A stretch of DNA of 64,000 bases, from assembly GCA_973895155.1 (NCBI GenBank), contig OZ316895.1:10342184-10406183 (forward strand), read 5' to 3'. Of this stretch, positions 1 to 13,319 are shown piece after piece. A program made the position numbers and the translations under genes. Origin of the DNA: Marsupella aquatica. Lineage: Eukaryota > Plantae > Marchantiophyta. The notes beneath the pieces are model-generated. The model worked only from the letters and a program-made list of their open reading frames with translations. It ran no database searches and had not been told where the DNA came from. The number at the start of each line of letters is the position of its first letter. Positions within the stretch are counted from its first letter, which is position 1.

Positions 1-160
1 ATACATGGATGGATGAGCATTTTGTTCCAGGTCCAGCTTTTGACAGATGGATGAGAATTTGCAATATTTGTTGACATTTGAAGATACATAGATGGATGAG
101 CTTTCTGTTCCAGCTCCAAGTTATTGACAGATGTATGAGCGTTTGCAAAATTTGTTGTCG
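1..160. repeat. Degenerate tandem duplication, about 83-bp unit, 2 copies
   Basis: atacat.gatggatgagc.ttt.tgttccag...tgacagatg.atgag..tttgcaa.atttgttg occurs at 1-83 and again at 84-160. Confidence 0.7.
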
Positions 161-1228
161 ATGATCGAGAGTCCAGCAGTCACTCAAATTTAGATCACGG
201 ATCAAAACCAGGAAAAGGAACTGCGATTCTGAGGTTCACGCTTTGAGCATCCAAGAACACGGATGGTACTATGATCGATACAACATTGTGCTTATTCTGT
301 CCTCAGAGTAAACCGTAGACATCTACTCGTAATAGGAACACCATGAGATAAAATGGATAGCTACCGAGGAATCGCAACAACAGACTCGGAACATTTGTGA
401 GGACGCGACTGCACTGTTTTCTACCACATAATCACAAACAATGTCACTTACAAACACGAAGTTCTCTTGACTACAATAACAGGTAATCTGGAAAAAGATT
501 TTTTGCACTGAATCTGAGATTCTAAAATGGACCTTTTGGCATGAGAATATGCACGGAGTATAAGAAGAAATTTCCAAGTTAATCTTACTCGCTTCCTAAG
601 CTGTGGATGTACCCTTGAGTCTCAACCAGCTAATTTTGTAAAGACCAGTACCAGCGGGAGACTTTAAGGTATGTTCCCTTCTTGCTAAACCCTAAACCCT
701 CATCATAGAGGGCATAAGAGCAGCCAATCTGAAAACCCATACATGAGATGCTACCCAGTTAGAACTACTCCTCGCGGTACTTTCTTTTCCCTTAAGAAAT
801 CACTTCTTTCAGGAGTTCCCCCATCTGAACTCATGTATTCCTCTTTGTAAGTCAACTGAATCAGAAATGGACACTGGCAAGGAGTCATCCGCATTACACA
901 CAAACAAGATTTCCATCCTTTACAACCAGTGATGTTTCAGGAGCGAAATGTCATATTATTTTACTGAAAGATACTCACCTGCACATTAAAAAGTCGGGTA
1001 AGATTCTACTGGTGAAACTCACCCTTCTCTTAGAAATTCAGGACATAACTTGCAGGCCCGTGTAACAGACGTTTGATACGTGTGGTTTTGGACACAGTGC
1101 TGTGTGTAGGTCACGGGCAATGGCTGTCCACTACCTGTAAATGCCTCCACAAAAGGAGTATTGTCTTCATTTCATCAACACTCGAGTTAAATCAAGGAAA
1201 CGCATGTTTGTGACAGACTTACCCTATC

Positions 1229-3009
1229 TCAGTATGATTTGCCGCAATGAATCAAACTCCCAGCTCCCAAAAAAAGACCAAACACAGCTGCACTTCCGAG
1301 TGTGGTTTGTCCAATGTACCGCACCTTTAACAAGCCAGGTACCTGCGAGATTGGACAGTGTGTTTGATACGTTGAATGATTAATACAGTCTGCGACTAAA
1401 TGTCTTTCTAAAGATGAGGAGAATAAAGGATCGCCTAATCTAGACAATGATTTCCTAAAATTTTCAAGCTGAGAATTCATAGAAGATCGAACCAACTCTA
1501 CCTACCCACAAGAAGTCCACAGAGCTGTGTTTCCAGCTAAAGCATTCCACGGCAGATTCTTCTATCGGAGTTGACGGAGCGAGACAGGGAGACAGGCCCT
1601 GTAGCTACTCATTCTTCTTTATGCGAAACCCTAAACTGTCTATGATCAGCGTCGTCTGTCTAAACTAGGAAAATGCCTAAATCTGGGATGCCCTGTTAAA
1701 TGAGAAAACTAACAGATGTGCCCCCAAGAGAGAAAACGGAAATCGAAAACATCGTGAGGCAGTATGCCGAACACACATAATTCTGATCAAAGCAAAAGCG
1801 AAGACACGACTAGACTAAATCACATACCTTGAATCTAAAGGCTTCATAAGTTCCATAGACGGCACCTGGACCAAACCACGGCACTGTGAGATTACAGGAC
1901 GTGACCTCAAGGTAGTCGACAACATAATACATTTGTTCCAGTGATACAAATAGGATAAAGGAATTCATTTTACTTTAGTGTGAGGGCCTTTCGTTCCCCG
2001 TAAAATCTTGAACCGAGAACTCCTGACCCACAAAAGAAGTTTTCCATTCCCAATTTCAGCCACTTCAACACCACGACCAGTCCATGAAAAAGAAGACAAC
2101 ACAGCTGCAAAACCTCTCCACCATTGAACTGAATATATCCCTACCGAGCATGAAACCAAAACTCAAGTTGAAACTAATGATTTGTACTGCCCTCGCTTCA
2201 TCAGCAGGCAGCTGTGCCTCTCCAAAAATGACCTTTCCCTCAAACCCCTCGATTGTGAGGAGCTGCGAAAGAAAATCAATGGAAACGCTACCAGATACCT
2301 CGGTTCCCATAGTCTAAAACCCTTGAAGTCGACACTCTCATAAATCCCTCAGAGCAAGAAACGTGTTGGGCGTGTGATTATGAAAATGAGAGGCTGAAAC
2401 AGGTTCTGGAGAATTTAAAGAACGGTAGATCATTTAAACCCATCTATGGCAGGAATGACACATCGTAAGCTGATGCATAAAACCTTGTCTTGCAAACGAC
2501 CAATATCGGTCCAGCCAAAAACCTTGCAAGTTCTCCGAGAAACAAACAATTTTCCATCTCCTTTGTATATGCAAATATCTGCGTATGCAAACGGGGACGT
2601 CCGTCCAGATGTACTTTGCTTACTTCGATTGAAAGGGGTGATGGCTAGCATCTAGAGAACAGTAGGAATACGCGTCAAAAGAAGCCCTCGTTGATCAGAG
2701 ACACGATCAACGAATTACACTGAATTGAAAGGACGCTGGTCCTTGGGTTAATGGCAGAGACCAAATGACAGAAGAGCAGAACCGAATCGGAGACGAGAAG
2801 GGGAGAGAGGGCAAGGCACAAGAAAGATTGCAATAACTCGAAAAATTGAGGTTTCTGTGAGGTTTTACAGGTCTACGAGATCGCTTCATTTATTAATTTC
2901 GGAGCGAGCAGAGGGAGTGGAAAGGGGAGGCAAGCTCACCAATGGCGCCGCCCACAGCGCCACCAACGGCAACACCGGTCGTAACTCGAGCTAGGCAGTC
3001 CCTGGCCAT
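1229..3009 (-). CDS. ROMO1: Reactive oxygen species modulator 1 / Mgr2 family mitochondrial inner-membrane protein (TIM23-associated), 3 exons, 73 aa
   Basis: Exons 2940-3009 (MARDCLARVTTGVAVGGAVGGAI), 1828-1865 (GAVYGTYEAFRFK) and 1229-1342 (VPGLLKVRYIGQTTLGSAAVFGLFLGAGSLIHCGKSY*) join in phase through GT-AG introns. The product matches the plant Romo1 pattern. Confidence 0.93.
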
Positions 3010-3339
3010 CTCAGACTGGCCGATCGGCAGCTGCTCTCAGTCTCTCTCTGTGGATGTCCTGAAGGAACGATCGTCAGCGAAAGAGAGGCGAATAGAGAGT
3101 GGAATTCTCTCTCGCTCTGGATGTTCTCTGATGAGAAACGATCGTTAGGGAAAGAGAGGGAAATGGAGTGCAGCAATTGCTTAGTTCCTCTCTATCTCTG
3201 GATTCGTGAAGACCCACAGATCGTTAGGGGAAGGGAGGGAAAGGGAGGGGAAGGGAGAGCGGAGTTGTTGTTTTCGGCTCTCGTTCTTCCGAAAGAAGAC
3301 GACGAGAGCATTCGACAAGGAACCTCCAAAAATGCGCAG

Positions 3340-3700
3340 AGAGTGAATCCGTAAATATTCGTGTGAGGGAGGAGGAACGATAAACATACTAGAGGAGTGC
3401 AGTAGTTCTTTTGTTTTGGTGATACCTTTTCCTTCCTTTTAATGGCACTTAATGCTTCGATTCCAAGAGTGTGAGTCTGTGAATATCGGTGTGAGGGAGT
3501 AACGATAAACTTACTTAAAAGTGGAGTAGTTCTTTTGTTTAGGTGGTATCTTTGCCTTCCCTTTAATGGTCACCTAATATTTAGATCCAAGAGTGTGAAT
3601 CCGTGAATAAACATACTTGAGGAGTGGAGTAGTTGTTTAGTCTAGGTGGTACCATTTTCTTCCTTTTAATGACGCCTAATATTTTGACCCCCAAGAGAGT
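3340..3700. repeat. Degenerate tandem repeat, 3 copies of about 105-125 bp, upstream of ROMO1
   Basis: The motif gtgaatccgt...ataaacatact...gagtggagtagtt.ttt.gt.taggtggta...cttccttttaatg...ctaatat.t...ccaagag recurs three times. Confidence 0.8.
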
Positions 3701-4929
3701 TTTATATGGCACTTGGTGCCCCAACGCACACACCTCCCCCAGTGAGTGAGGGAGGCTTGAACCTCTGCTCTGTGAATCCCATGGCCACTAAGCTGCACCA
3801 ACCCAACTGGTGTTGGTTTCAATTGGATCTATTTTGTTGCTCTTCTGTCAACAAATCACAAACTGGGGAACTTGGTCAACAATTTGGAGTCATGGGTTTT
3901 GTCCCATTGTTTCCTCTCCTTCATTGGGTCGTCTACCAGTTTCCGGGTTTGGTCCATTTTGCTCTTTGGCTGTAATATATGTAGTCATGAGCTGTGTGCA
4001 ACTCAATTGCAAAGAATGGGCTAGCAGTGTGCTCAGGAAATGCCACCAAGCCTACCCTTCCAAACTCCAAAGCCTGGCCAAATTGTTTATGCTACCCACA
4101 TTTTATATATGTTGTTCAGTTATTTATCAGTGCTTGTGGTTAGAAATAGATTATTGAGTGTGACTGTGTTGGTAAATGTTCAACTCGATTTAAGGCACTG
4201 GCTAAAAATGTTTGATTCTGCGGGCTAACCTGTCTATCTCACATTGCTCAAGGACACAATGTTCAACTCTTCTGGGGCACATCTCCCTATTTTGCAGGAA
4301 AGTCATTGTGTCACATTTAGGTGCTTTTTCAGTTGTTTCCTGCAAAACCAAGTTCGAAGAACTCAAAACCTATCTAACGGGAATGTTATTTAGTACCCAC
4401 AAATTCAATAATCACGATGGGGAAACCTAGGACACCAGTTGTTTTATTAGCAAGCAAAAGCATCCAGATGCGACAAGTACCTCGGCAATCTTTGGACTTG
4501 GATGCCACTGATTTCAAGTGGGTAGAAATCAAATCAATAGATATGTTCAGTTCTTCAAGAGGAAAGCACAAGTGCAAACCCTCAAATTAAAGGGATTTGG
4601 TTTGGGAAATTTATTAAATCTAATGATTTCGTAAAAGTGAACCCTTCTATACCTTGACACATGGTTGATTAGAGACTGAATAACATACTCCCATGATAAT
4701 AGTTGATCTATGGGGGCAACTCCTTGGCCCTCCTACAGAAAGAAATTATGTTGAAACATTAGCAACCACAGTAAGTGGAAAGGCTTATATTTCTTGGTGA
4801 GTCTTTAATAGGGCTTATTATCGGTGAAGCCGACTCGATTAAAATCTATAACCTGTTTTCTTGGGCAAACTATGTTGCTTATATTCTTTCGCAACATTGG
4901 CAGTGGGTGGAAGTGCTTATTATTACTGA

Positions 4930-6221
4930 CGAGCTCCATACCCGTGCGTTGCACAAAAGATGTTGTGAAGAAAAAAATGTCGTGACACCCAAGATGTCGT
5001 CAAGAGAAAAGATGTCATGACGCCCAAGATGTCGTTAAGAGAAAAGATGTTGTGTCACCCAAAAATGTCGGGTTGCCCAAGATGTCTTTAAGAAAAAAGA
5101 TGTCGTTGAGACAAAAGATATCACTACGCCCAAGATGTCATTAAAAAAAAAGATGTTGTTAAGTACAAAATGGTTCATAAGTAAAGTGATGTCATGAGTG
5201 ATATATGTTGTCAAGTCTCCGTTGCACAAAAGATGTTGTTGGATAAATACATCGTTGCATTATTTTACAGTGTTGTTAAATAAAAAATGTCGTTAAGTAA
5301 AATATGTGGTTGCTCAAAAGATGTTGCGCAAAAGATTTAGTTTACTAAAGATATCATTTGGCAAAAGACATCAATGCATAATAGGTGACGTTGTGCTAAA
5401 GATGTAGTTGAAAATTTATCTTGGTGCGAAAGATATCTTTGTTAGAAACATCTCATTGCGTAAAAAACATTTTTCAAGTGAGAGATGTCATGACACAAAG
5501 AGAGGCGACAACCAACACCAAAGTACAACAAAATGAGAATGATTTTTAAAATTGTTTTGTAATTTAAATCTTTTAAAAAGGATAAATTTAAAGGAGGGCA
5601 AGGGGGGAGTTGAGAGGAGGGGCCGCGAAGTGGGGAGGCAAAAGGGGGCCTTGGAGGCAGAGGGCGGAGCCAGCCAGCATCGGTGGCTGTGAGCTGGGCA
5701 GGGCGGGTCGCGACTTGCTATGGCTTGGTGCTGTCACCGCGGCGTGTGCTGGCATCGCGGCCCTGCAATCCAAGTGATGACTTGAGTTTCCAATTGGGTT
5801 TTTTTGTCTTATTGGTTCCATCTTTTCTGGTTTTGATTTTTTCAACCAAAACTGCCCCGGAATTTTGAAAGGCGACCATGGTATAAATTGGTGCCATAGT
5901 GTATTATAATTTTTGATAATTATTACAAAAAATGCCTAAGATAAATAGAACATTTTTTATTAACATCTTGTTCACTCTTACGCATTGATGGAAAGCAGAG
6001 GGATCAGATCATCATTGATCCTTGTGCTTGCATGAGTTTATTTAATAATCATTGCCCTTTTTCTTTGTCTCTTTTGAGTGTTTCTTCCTCTTTCATTCAC
6101 ACTAAACTTTTTTATCTTTGATTTATTCCTTCCTCTTTTGCTGGAATCTTTTTTTTGGACACTGTATATTTGAATGACGACCACGGTAGAAAAGGGCGCA
6201 ACCTTGTATTATAGTTCTTGA
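4930..6221 (-). mobile_element. Non-autonomous Helitron (family copy 1, about 1.3 kb)
   Basis: Minus-strand 5' end A|TCAAGAACTATAATACAAGG at 6221. The 3' end is TTTTGTGCAACGCACGGG...CTCG|T (degenerate CTAG) at 4930. Internal AAGATGTC/AAGATGTT micro-repeats are shared with the other two copies. Confidence 0.7.
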
Positions 6222-6584
6222 TGCCAACGCCAGTAGTGTTGATAAGGTGAAGCTAATGCGCCCATTCTCCAGACTACCATTAAGCCAAATTTCCATCCAT
6301 AAAATCAGACCTGTTAACGAGGTCCAAGTAGTTGTCATTTGCAAACTGACACCATAAGTTTTCCCGAACCAAAGATTATACAGGCTAGAGCCTGTCGCAA
6401 ACTTTCACTGTAAAAGCACTGTAAGTAACAAAAAGGGTCCCGAGCTCCAAAATTGTGAGGGGAGCTTTTGCAAGTGTCCATTCTGCCAAGAGGATTGATT
6501 GCTATTATACCCATGATGCGATATCCGTGACACTACCTAGTGGAAAATCAGCAACCAGCTCATTAAAGCAGGGAAAGCCCCTCT

Positions 6585-9500
6585 TCATTTATCGTCCAAG
6601 CCTATAACAAGGGCTGATTCTTTCCACAAACTTGCCGCAAGGTTCTTATCATAAGCAGTCGGCGCCGCTGGGACGTCTTTCACTTCTGAACAAAGTGCAC
6701 CTCTGGACAGCCTTCGAATCGGCCAATCCAAGAAAGAGGCGATAACATGAATTAACTGTCCTCCTGGGATTGGATATGTGATCTGCCAGTGAACAAGAGT
6801 TAAAGCTCCAGCTTTATGGGATGATCACTTAGCAAATCAGGCAGCGAAGTATACTAGCAAATACTGCAAACTCTAGTCCCAACTTGACTCTTTCATCAGT
6901 TCGAAATTGCGACAACACCAGAATTGGAATGGATGAATAAGATCTGTGGCAGTCAAGGAACCACAATAAAATCATTTTTAAGGCTGTTCAGTGAAAGCTA
7001 GTGTGTAGAGGGAATTGAAGAGAGCCAGCTTGTCGACCTACAAAACCCTTCTAATCTGAAATGTTGCTCCACTTATCCGTCTCTTATGCTTGGATTTTCT
7101 AAAGTACATATGCTTGAACGACCAACAGAACTTAATTCAATCTTAATGTCCACAACAAACGTTTACTAAGGGACACAGACAGCAATGGCAAGTCTGGACC
7201 GGAAATGATTAATTTCAAATCGCTACCTAATATCAAAAATGCTTTTTCGAACATACGTTGGATACGAAATTGCTCGAAACAACTTATCCCCAGCTAAAGT
7301 CATAAAAGTCAGCAGTATCAACAAATAAATGAGGGCAGGCAGGCGTACCAGACGTGAAGCAAAACATCCTCTGGCAAAATATCGCAAAGGCTCCTTTGCC
7401 TTCTTTGGTGGATCATAAGGCGCAGTGGCAGCAAAGATCACAGGGATTGCCCCTTCCCAGGTTGGGGCATAGGAAGCCTGCACAAAAAGAGGCCCCACTT
7501 TCGTCAATCAAGAGTCGAATTACTCTATACACCAGTACAAATCGCACCAACTCTACTTGTCAAATCATCCATTGCACAAATTACATGGTGAGCGATTTTA
7601 GTTCAGTCCATTGCAGATGTTGGCATTTACACACCAGTGTCCAACACAGGATGCACAACACTACCAAAAGGTTTCACTGAAAGACCAACGACGCTCAAGC
7701 CAGAAGCCCAAGTGGTCCGTACCTTTAAAAGCCACGAGAAAGGCGGCTTATTGAACTTACTTCTTCTCCAGATATCGCTCCAAACAGCTCCTGCACAAAG
7801 GCAACGACTACATTTATTTTTCTAATCTAGGACTCCCTTTCGATCATTGAATAAAAATCATATCAAACAGTGTACATCTCCTGTTTCAGAGGAGGAACAG
7901 TTCACAACTCTCAATCCATGTTTCCCTCATAGCTACTTGCTTCCCCACTCACAGGCCCCACTATTCTACTGTAAACAAGATACAGTAAGTTCCAACCTGG
8001 ATCAACAGCGGCAGATTCGATTCCCTTTCCTGACAGGAGTAGAGAAAATGAATGAGATCTTCAATTGTACCAATCAGGATATTATGAACCGTCGGACAAC
8101 AAACGATTAATTAAAACAGAATCCATCCACTTAAAGTAAAAAATTATTTGTACAATGACTGAAAATAGCAGCTTTACAACGCTTGAATAAAAGCGCCAAC
8201 AGTTGCCACAATGAACTTATTTGCTGTTCCACAAAATGATATATCCAGGCTCTTTCTGACACGAGCTTCACCTAGGGAGCTAAAGCCTAAATTTGAAAAC
8301 AATTCTTCTCTGTTCAATAGTGATGAATGGCGGGATAATATCAATCAAAACAGTGTACCTAGGGAGCTAAAGCCTAAATTTGAAAACAATTCTCCTCTGT
8401 TCAATAGTGATGAATGGCGGGAAAATATCAATCAAAAGAGTGTTTGACAACATTTTGTCTGCAACGACATGGTCTTCAAATATTGCACCTGATTACCCTG
8501 AACATTGTTGAGAAAGTGATCTTATTCAGGTATTTTACCTTGCCACTGGCGTTGGGCCTCGTGCGTAAATAGAACATTGGCCAGCTTGCATTCAGCATAC
8601 AAGCCTGCGGAGAACTTTTTCAAGAACGTCACCTGTGCCCTTCAACGAAAGATGTGCATTAGGAAAAAGGACTTCGTCCAGCTTGAGCATAAATATACAA
8701 GAAGCTTTGGAAGAACAATTCTCGTCGTTCTGTCCAGATCTTGTTCAGGGAGTTACTCACAGCGTTAGTTATGGAAGCGTGTCGGTGTGTGATTGAAGAC
8801 ACATTGACAACCTGAGAAACAATCTTCATGTCAGGTTCATATCAATGCTTCTTCCTGCTGTAGTTTGTTAACACCATGATTGAAAACTTGCACCGTTCAT
8901 AATGAGCCTGACAGCATCACTAAGTTGAGGCTAGATCACATGCAAACATACCCGTGAAGGAGCTCCCAAAGTGAGTTCCTCTTCCAGAAGGCGTGTGAAG
9001 GCATACGCACCAAGGTAATTTACCTGCAATGGAGTGAGAAAGGAACCATCAATTTAATACGCACATCAGCAAAGATCAAAGATCATCTCGTTCTTAATAG
9101 ACTTGCACTAGTTGAGTACACAGATTCCTGACTAAAACTGTGTAGGTCATCACCTGTGCTGATCCTCCCACTCCTTCTGCTGTATACCATGGTTTTCCCA
9201 TAGCTGAACCAGCATTATTTACCTGCAACGCAGAATCGCCCTTCAGATGGAGCCACATAACCTATTCCCTCAGTCCCTGAAAACACGTCACACCTACTTA
9301 CCTTTATGCACTCAAGAAGCCGAATTTATTCATACTATGCTGGAAACCCATTACCCAGTGAGCCGCTAAAATTACATGCACCTTCCTCCATGGTCTGAAG
9401 GCTGATTTAAACATTACATACAAATGGAAACAAGACCACTCAGCTTACTTAAATAAAATATACCTAGTGCACATAATCATCTGGTAGGGAGAAAATTACA

Positions 9501-11361
9501 AGGATATTTAGAGGTATCTTCCTAGATTTGAATTCTGAGGCAGCTCGGCGTACAGAATCCAGAGTCTTTAGATCAAGGAGCAAAACTTCCACATCTGCCG
9601 TCGGACAAGCCTGCATCCAAAAAATTATTCCTCTCATCACTTGAGCAAGTCTCAGGCACCAAATTACTCAAAACCCGGGAGTCCTCTAAGAGACAAGACA
9701 TCTGACGAAGAAATTTCATTGCATCACCCTCACAAGCCACCCCCTTTCACAAAAATTACAAGCACCGCATATAAGGTCGTGTCCAAGGAATCGAACACCA
9801 ATTCTCTGAAATTCACACCTCCGAAAACACTATAGATTTCTGCAAATCACATAGATAACTCACTAACATAAAACAAAGATAATCTAACAGGACCATTTGA
9901 GCTACAGGACATGGAACAAAAGAAAGTACGGACATCCTGAATGTACTTCACTGCCTCTCGGCCTTTGTCCCAATCCCGGCATGTTATAAAGACTTTTATG
10001 TCTTTCTTAGCAAGGGCAAGTGCCGTCTCCCTGCGGCAACGAAGGAAACAGAAAACAATTCAACAAGACGAACCTATTCAAAGGAGACCGTATGACTAAA
10101 TCGTACACTTGCTGGCAAGGGCCATCAATTGTACGAGAGCTTGCTGGTGAGACACAGGGTCATGGCATACACGATGGATTCATAATATAAATTCTCAAAC
10201 TTGACCTTAGAGAATCTGCCAGAGTACAAGCGAACCAATCAGCGGGAGAAACCAGCTGTACGAACTCAGCAAAAGTTGCCTGGCTAATCCGATAGAAGTT
10301 CAATTCGTGCACTGCAGTGTGCCTTCAATTGCCAACGTCGAAAGAATTGTCTGACGGAATTAGATAACAACCCGGAGGCCAAGGTTAAGAAGCCTGATTG
10401 AAGGGCGAGTGGGAGGAGGTCCACGAGGATATGAAAACAGCTATTTCGCCCACCGGTCTGCTGGAACAGACTTTGCCAGTCTGACTCCCAATTCCCGACT
10501 TAGTAATTTTGCCGTCACGTCTTACGTCAATTATGGTGTTTCATCGGTACGGTCGTGGCCAAACTCGGAGCGAATTCACTTGTTAGGGACTCTCATCACT
10601 ACTGTCTAAGATGGACATCACAGGTTCGACACTTCAATTTAATCAAACAGAAATGCCATTCTTCACGGCTATCACGTCCGGAGCCCAAACCTTCACTCCT
10701 TTGTAAACTGTCCCGTCCCTCTCTGAGCTCTCCCGGTAGATCTACTGTACACTACAGATTACCTTATCATCACGGCGAAGTGGGACAACAATGAAGCGCA
10801 GTTCAGGTCGGAAAACTGGATTACAGAGGATGGATCATTTCAAAGTACCTATCTAATCACCATTTCAATGTAGTTCCACGACGTTAGTGCCTCGGATTTC
10901 AATACTCAGTCGAGTTTCAAGAGAGACAACAGATTTGGTGAGAAGGAAACCTATTCAGCTCCATGATCAAATTCAGAGTTCTTATTAATTCCTCGATGCT
11001 TTCTTTTCAATTTCAGTTTCGTAGGTTTGAATCGCTTCTGATGGTCGCAGCAGCCGGGACCGCCTACCAATATACAGTACGTGCATCGACACCCCCACCC
11101 ATGACTCAACAGCTGGATTCGAAGGCTCATCTCAAATGTGGAAACGATAAACTGAGAAGTACGACCATAGAAAAGAAAACACACAAGGTTTCCTCCTCGA
11201 CCTCCTCGACCTCACAGAAGGACACATGTGATAATGCAAACAGAGCATTACTAAACGCGAACAAAGAGTGACCACAGGCACGCTTGGGGCAGGAGCTCGG
11301 CAATCTACCTTCCGATCCCGGTGTTACCACCCGTCACAATTGCGACTTGTTGCTTCGTCAT
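6585..11361 (-). CDS. Short-chain dehydrogenase/reductase, retinol dehydrogenase/TIC32-like, 11 exons
   Basis: Exon 1 11309-11361 MTKQQVAIVTGGNTGIGR carries TGxxxGxG. Further exons: ~9934-10030 ETALALAKKDIKVFITCRD; ~9500-9610 LLLDLKTLDSVRRAA; ~9154-9222 VNNAG; ~8952-9023 VNYLGAY; ~8761-8811 VVNVSSITH; 8539-8632 YAECKLANVLF (YxxxK); ~7997-8029 AVDPG; ~7733-7800; ~7349-7477; last exon ~6585-6783 ending LAASLWKESALVIGLDDK*. Introns are GT-AG. Confidence 0.9.
8270..8443. repeat. Near-perfect 87-bp tandem duplication in an SDR intron
   Basis: acctagggagctaaagcctaaatttgaaaacaattct...gaatggcggga.aatatcaatcaaaa.agtgt occurs twice. Confidence 0.9.
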
Positions 11362-11569
11362 TTTCAATCGATGAGAACTTCAGCTCAGCCGCGATACAGA
11401 GAACAGGAGTCCGTCCAGCCTTCAAACAATACTTGAGCAGGAGACGACTTGAGCTGCGCCGACTGCTGCCTACGAAAAGAGCTGTCCGTCAGTGCATAAG
11501 AAAACAAGAGCGAAAGCACAGAGGACGGAGTACTGGAGGGAACCCCTACAAGAGCATGGAGACCACTGT

Positions 11570-11817
11570 TTTGACAACATTTTGTCTGCAAAGACGGAGC
11601 CTTTAAATATTGCACCTGATCGCTCCGAACATTGTTGAGAAAGTGATCTTATTCAGATATTTTACCTTGCCACTGGTGTCGGGCCTCCTGCGTAAATAGA
11701 ACATTGGCCAGCTCGCATTCAGCATACGCTTCTGCGGGAAACGTTTTCGAGAGCGTCACCTGTGCCCTTCTGAAGAAAGATGTGCATTTGAGAAAACAAA
11801 CTTTGCCTGCTTGAGCA
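11570..11817 (-). pseudogene. Duplicated fragment of the SDR catalytic exon with flanking intron sequence, upstream of the SDR start codon
   Basis: Direct repeat of ~8443-8689. The exon copy 11666-11759 reads VTLSKTFPAEAYAECELANVLFTQEARHQWQG versus the original VTFLKKFSAGLYAECKLANVLFTHEAQRQWQG. Confidence 0.85.
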
Positions 11818-13183
11818 ACTTTGTTCCATTTTGGATTAGGTGACATAGTAAAACACGGTACGGAGTGACACCGTGACTGCGTGACACCAGCCAACTTACA
11901 GTACTGCTGTAATGACACACGTTGTGGTGCGTAAAGACCGGTCCTGTCCTGTACCTGAGTGGTCGAAATCGTCCCTGTACCAGTGTACCGTGATGGACTG
12001 CTGGTGCATGATGCTGGTACAGTGGTACGTCTCCAAACTGTGGCATTTACTACAGCTCATATAAGATATAAGTTAATAAGTGGGTTCAGGTTGACTTAAA
12101 TACACTTATGACCCAATCACTCATTGCCATGTCATCAGATTAACCAGTAATTTGTAGTACTGAATCAAGGCGTTAATACCCATTTTATTCCGAGTGGATG
12201 GTACCACAGTATCCTTGTAAAAGGAACTTTGGACTTGTTTGTGCTCTAACGGAGATCCTCCTCTCCTTGTTTGTCACAAAGTCATACTGGACAAAGCCTT
12301 ACCATGCATTAATGGTCTGCTGTGGCCCCACAAGGGTATAGCGTCCACATGGCGGGAACCTGGTCCACCATGAAACTCAGCAGATCGACTGGACAATATT
12401 TGTCAAGATCTAACGTTTAACATTAGTCCATAGATACCCTCCCATCATGTAAGTACAGATAGATACATAATGGACCCTCAAAATGTTATTTGATGGACAC
12501 CATGAATGATACAAGCCGTTAAAAGACCTTAAATCAACATACCCATGACCTCATCGGATCTCGTAAAGTTTTTTCATTTTGAGATGGGGTCCATCAAGTT
12601 CCTTTCTGTACTTAGCAAGCCAAACTTGTGGGTACAGTATCATTTACAGTACCAATTACAGTAGTTATTTACCAATTACAGTAGTTACTGTCTTGTGACT
12701 CCATCCATACCTTTATTCGTACAGAAGACTGTCCTGTGAATCTTCTAGAATCTCTGCTGGAACCAACCTTAACTCCTAGGACACCCTGGAGATTCAGCGG
12801 TGAGGGATGAAGTGACTTGTGTTACTTGACATTTTTGTAAATCTGTGTCAACATGACCTTCAGGACCATGATCTGGGAAGTATGGGACCTGAAACGTTAC
12901 CCTCCCAAGTAGATTGCACTAGCTGATTGCCGGCACCTGGACTAGGATATGTTGGGAGCAAAATTATGTTGCCTTGGGAGGAACAGAGGGAGCTCGATAG
13001 TCACCTAGTTGATGGGTAAACAGATACCAGAAGTATTATAACTTTAAAATTCAATGAACATGAATAAGAAACTCAGCAAATCAGCAAAAAAGGGTGAGAA
13101 TTGTTGGAAGTCTGAGACTTGCGCTGTCTCAGGATCCTCCCACCATCATGCCAACTGCCTAAACCATTTAGTAGAGCCGTTAT

Positions 13184-13319
13184 CACATTGTAATTAATTT
13201 GCTTACGGTTAGTCACTTAGTATTAGTCCAGTTACCTAATTACTGTTAGCCACACTGTAATTAATTTGCTTACGGTTAGTCACTTAGTATTAGTCCAGTT
13301 ACCTAATTACTGTTAGCCA
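13184..13319. repeat. 68-bp tandem duplication
   Basis: caca.tgtaattaatttgcttacggttagtcacttagtattagtccagttacctaattactgttagc occurs twice. Confidence 0.9.

Noticed and set aside
686-700. AAACCCT telomere-like motifs (also ~44396 and ~56840)
   Set aside because: Only one or two units each; these are common telo-box-like motifs, not interstitial telomere arrays.
4955-5500. Regularly recurring AAGATGTC motifs resembling a CRISPR-like array (also 27460-27850)
   Set aside because: The units are short and degenerate with no unique constant-length spacers, there are no cas genes, the context is eukaryotic, and the motifs are explained as Helitron internal repeats.
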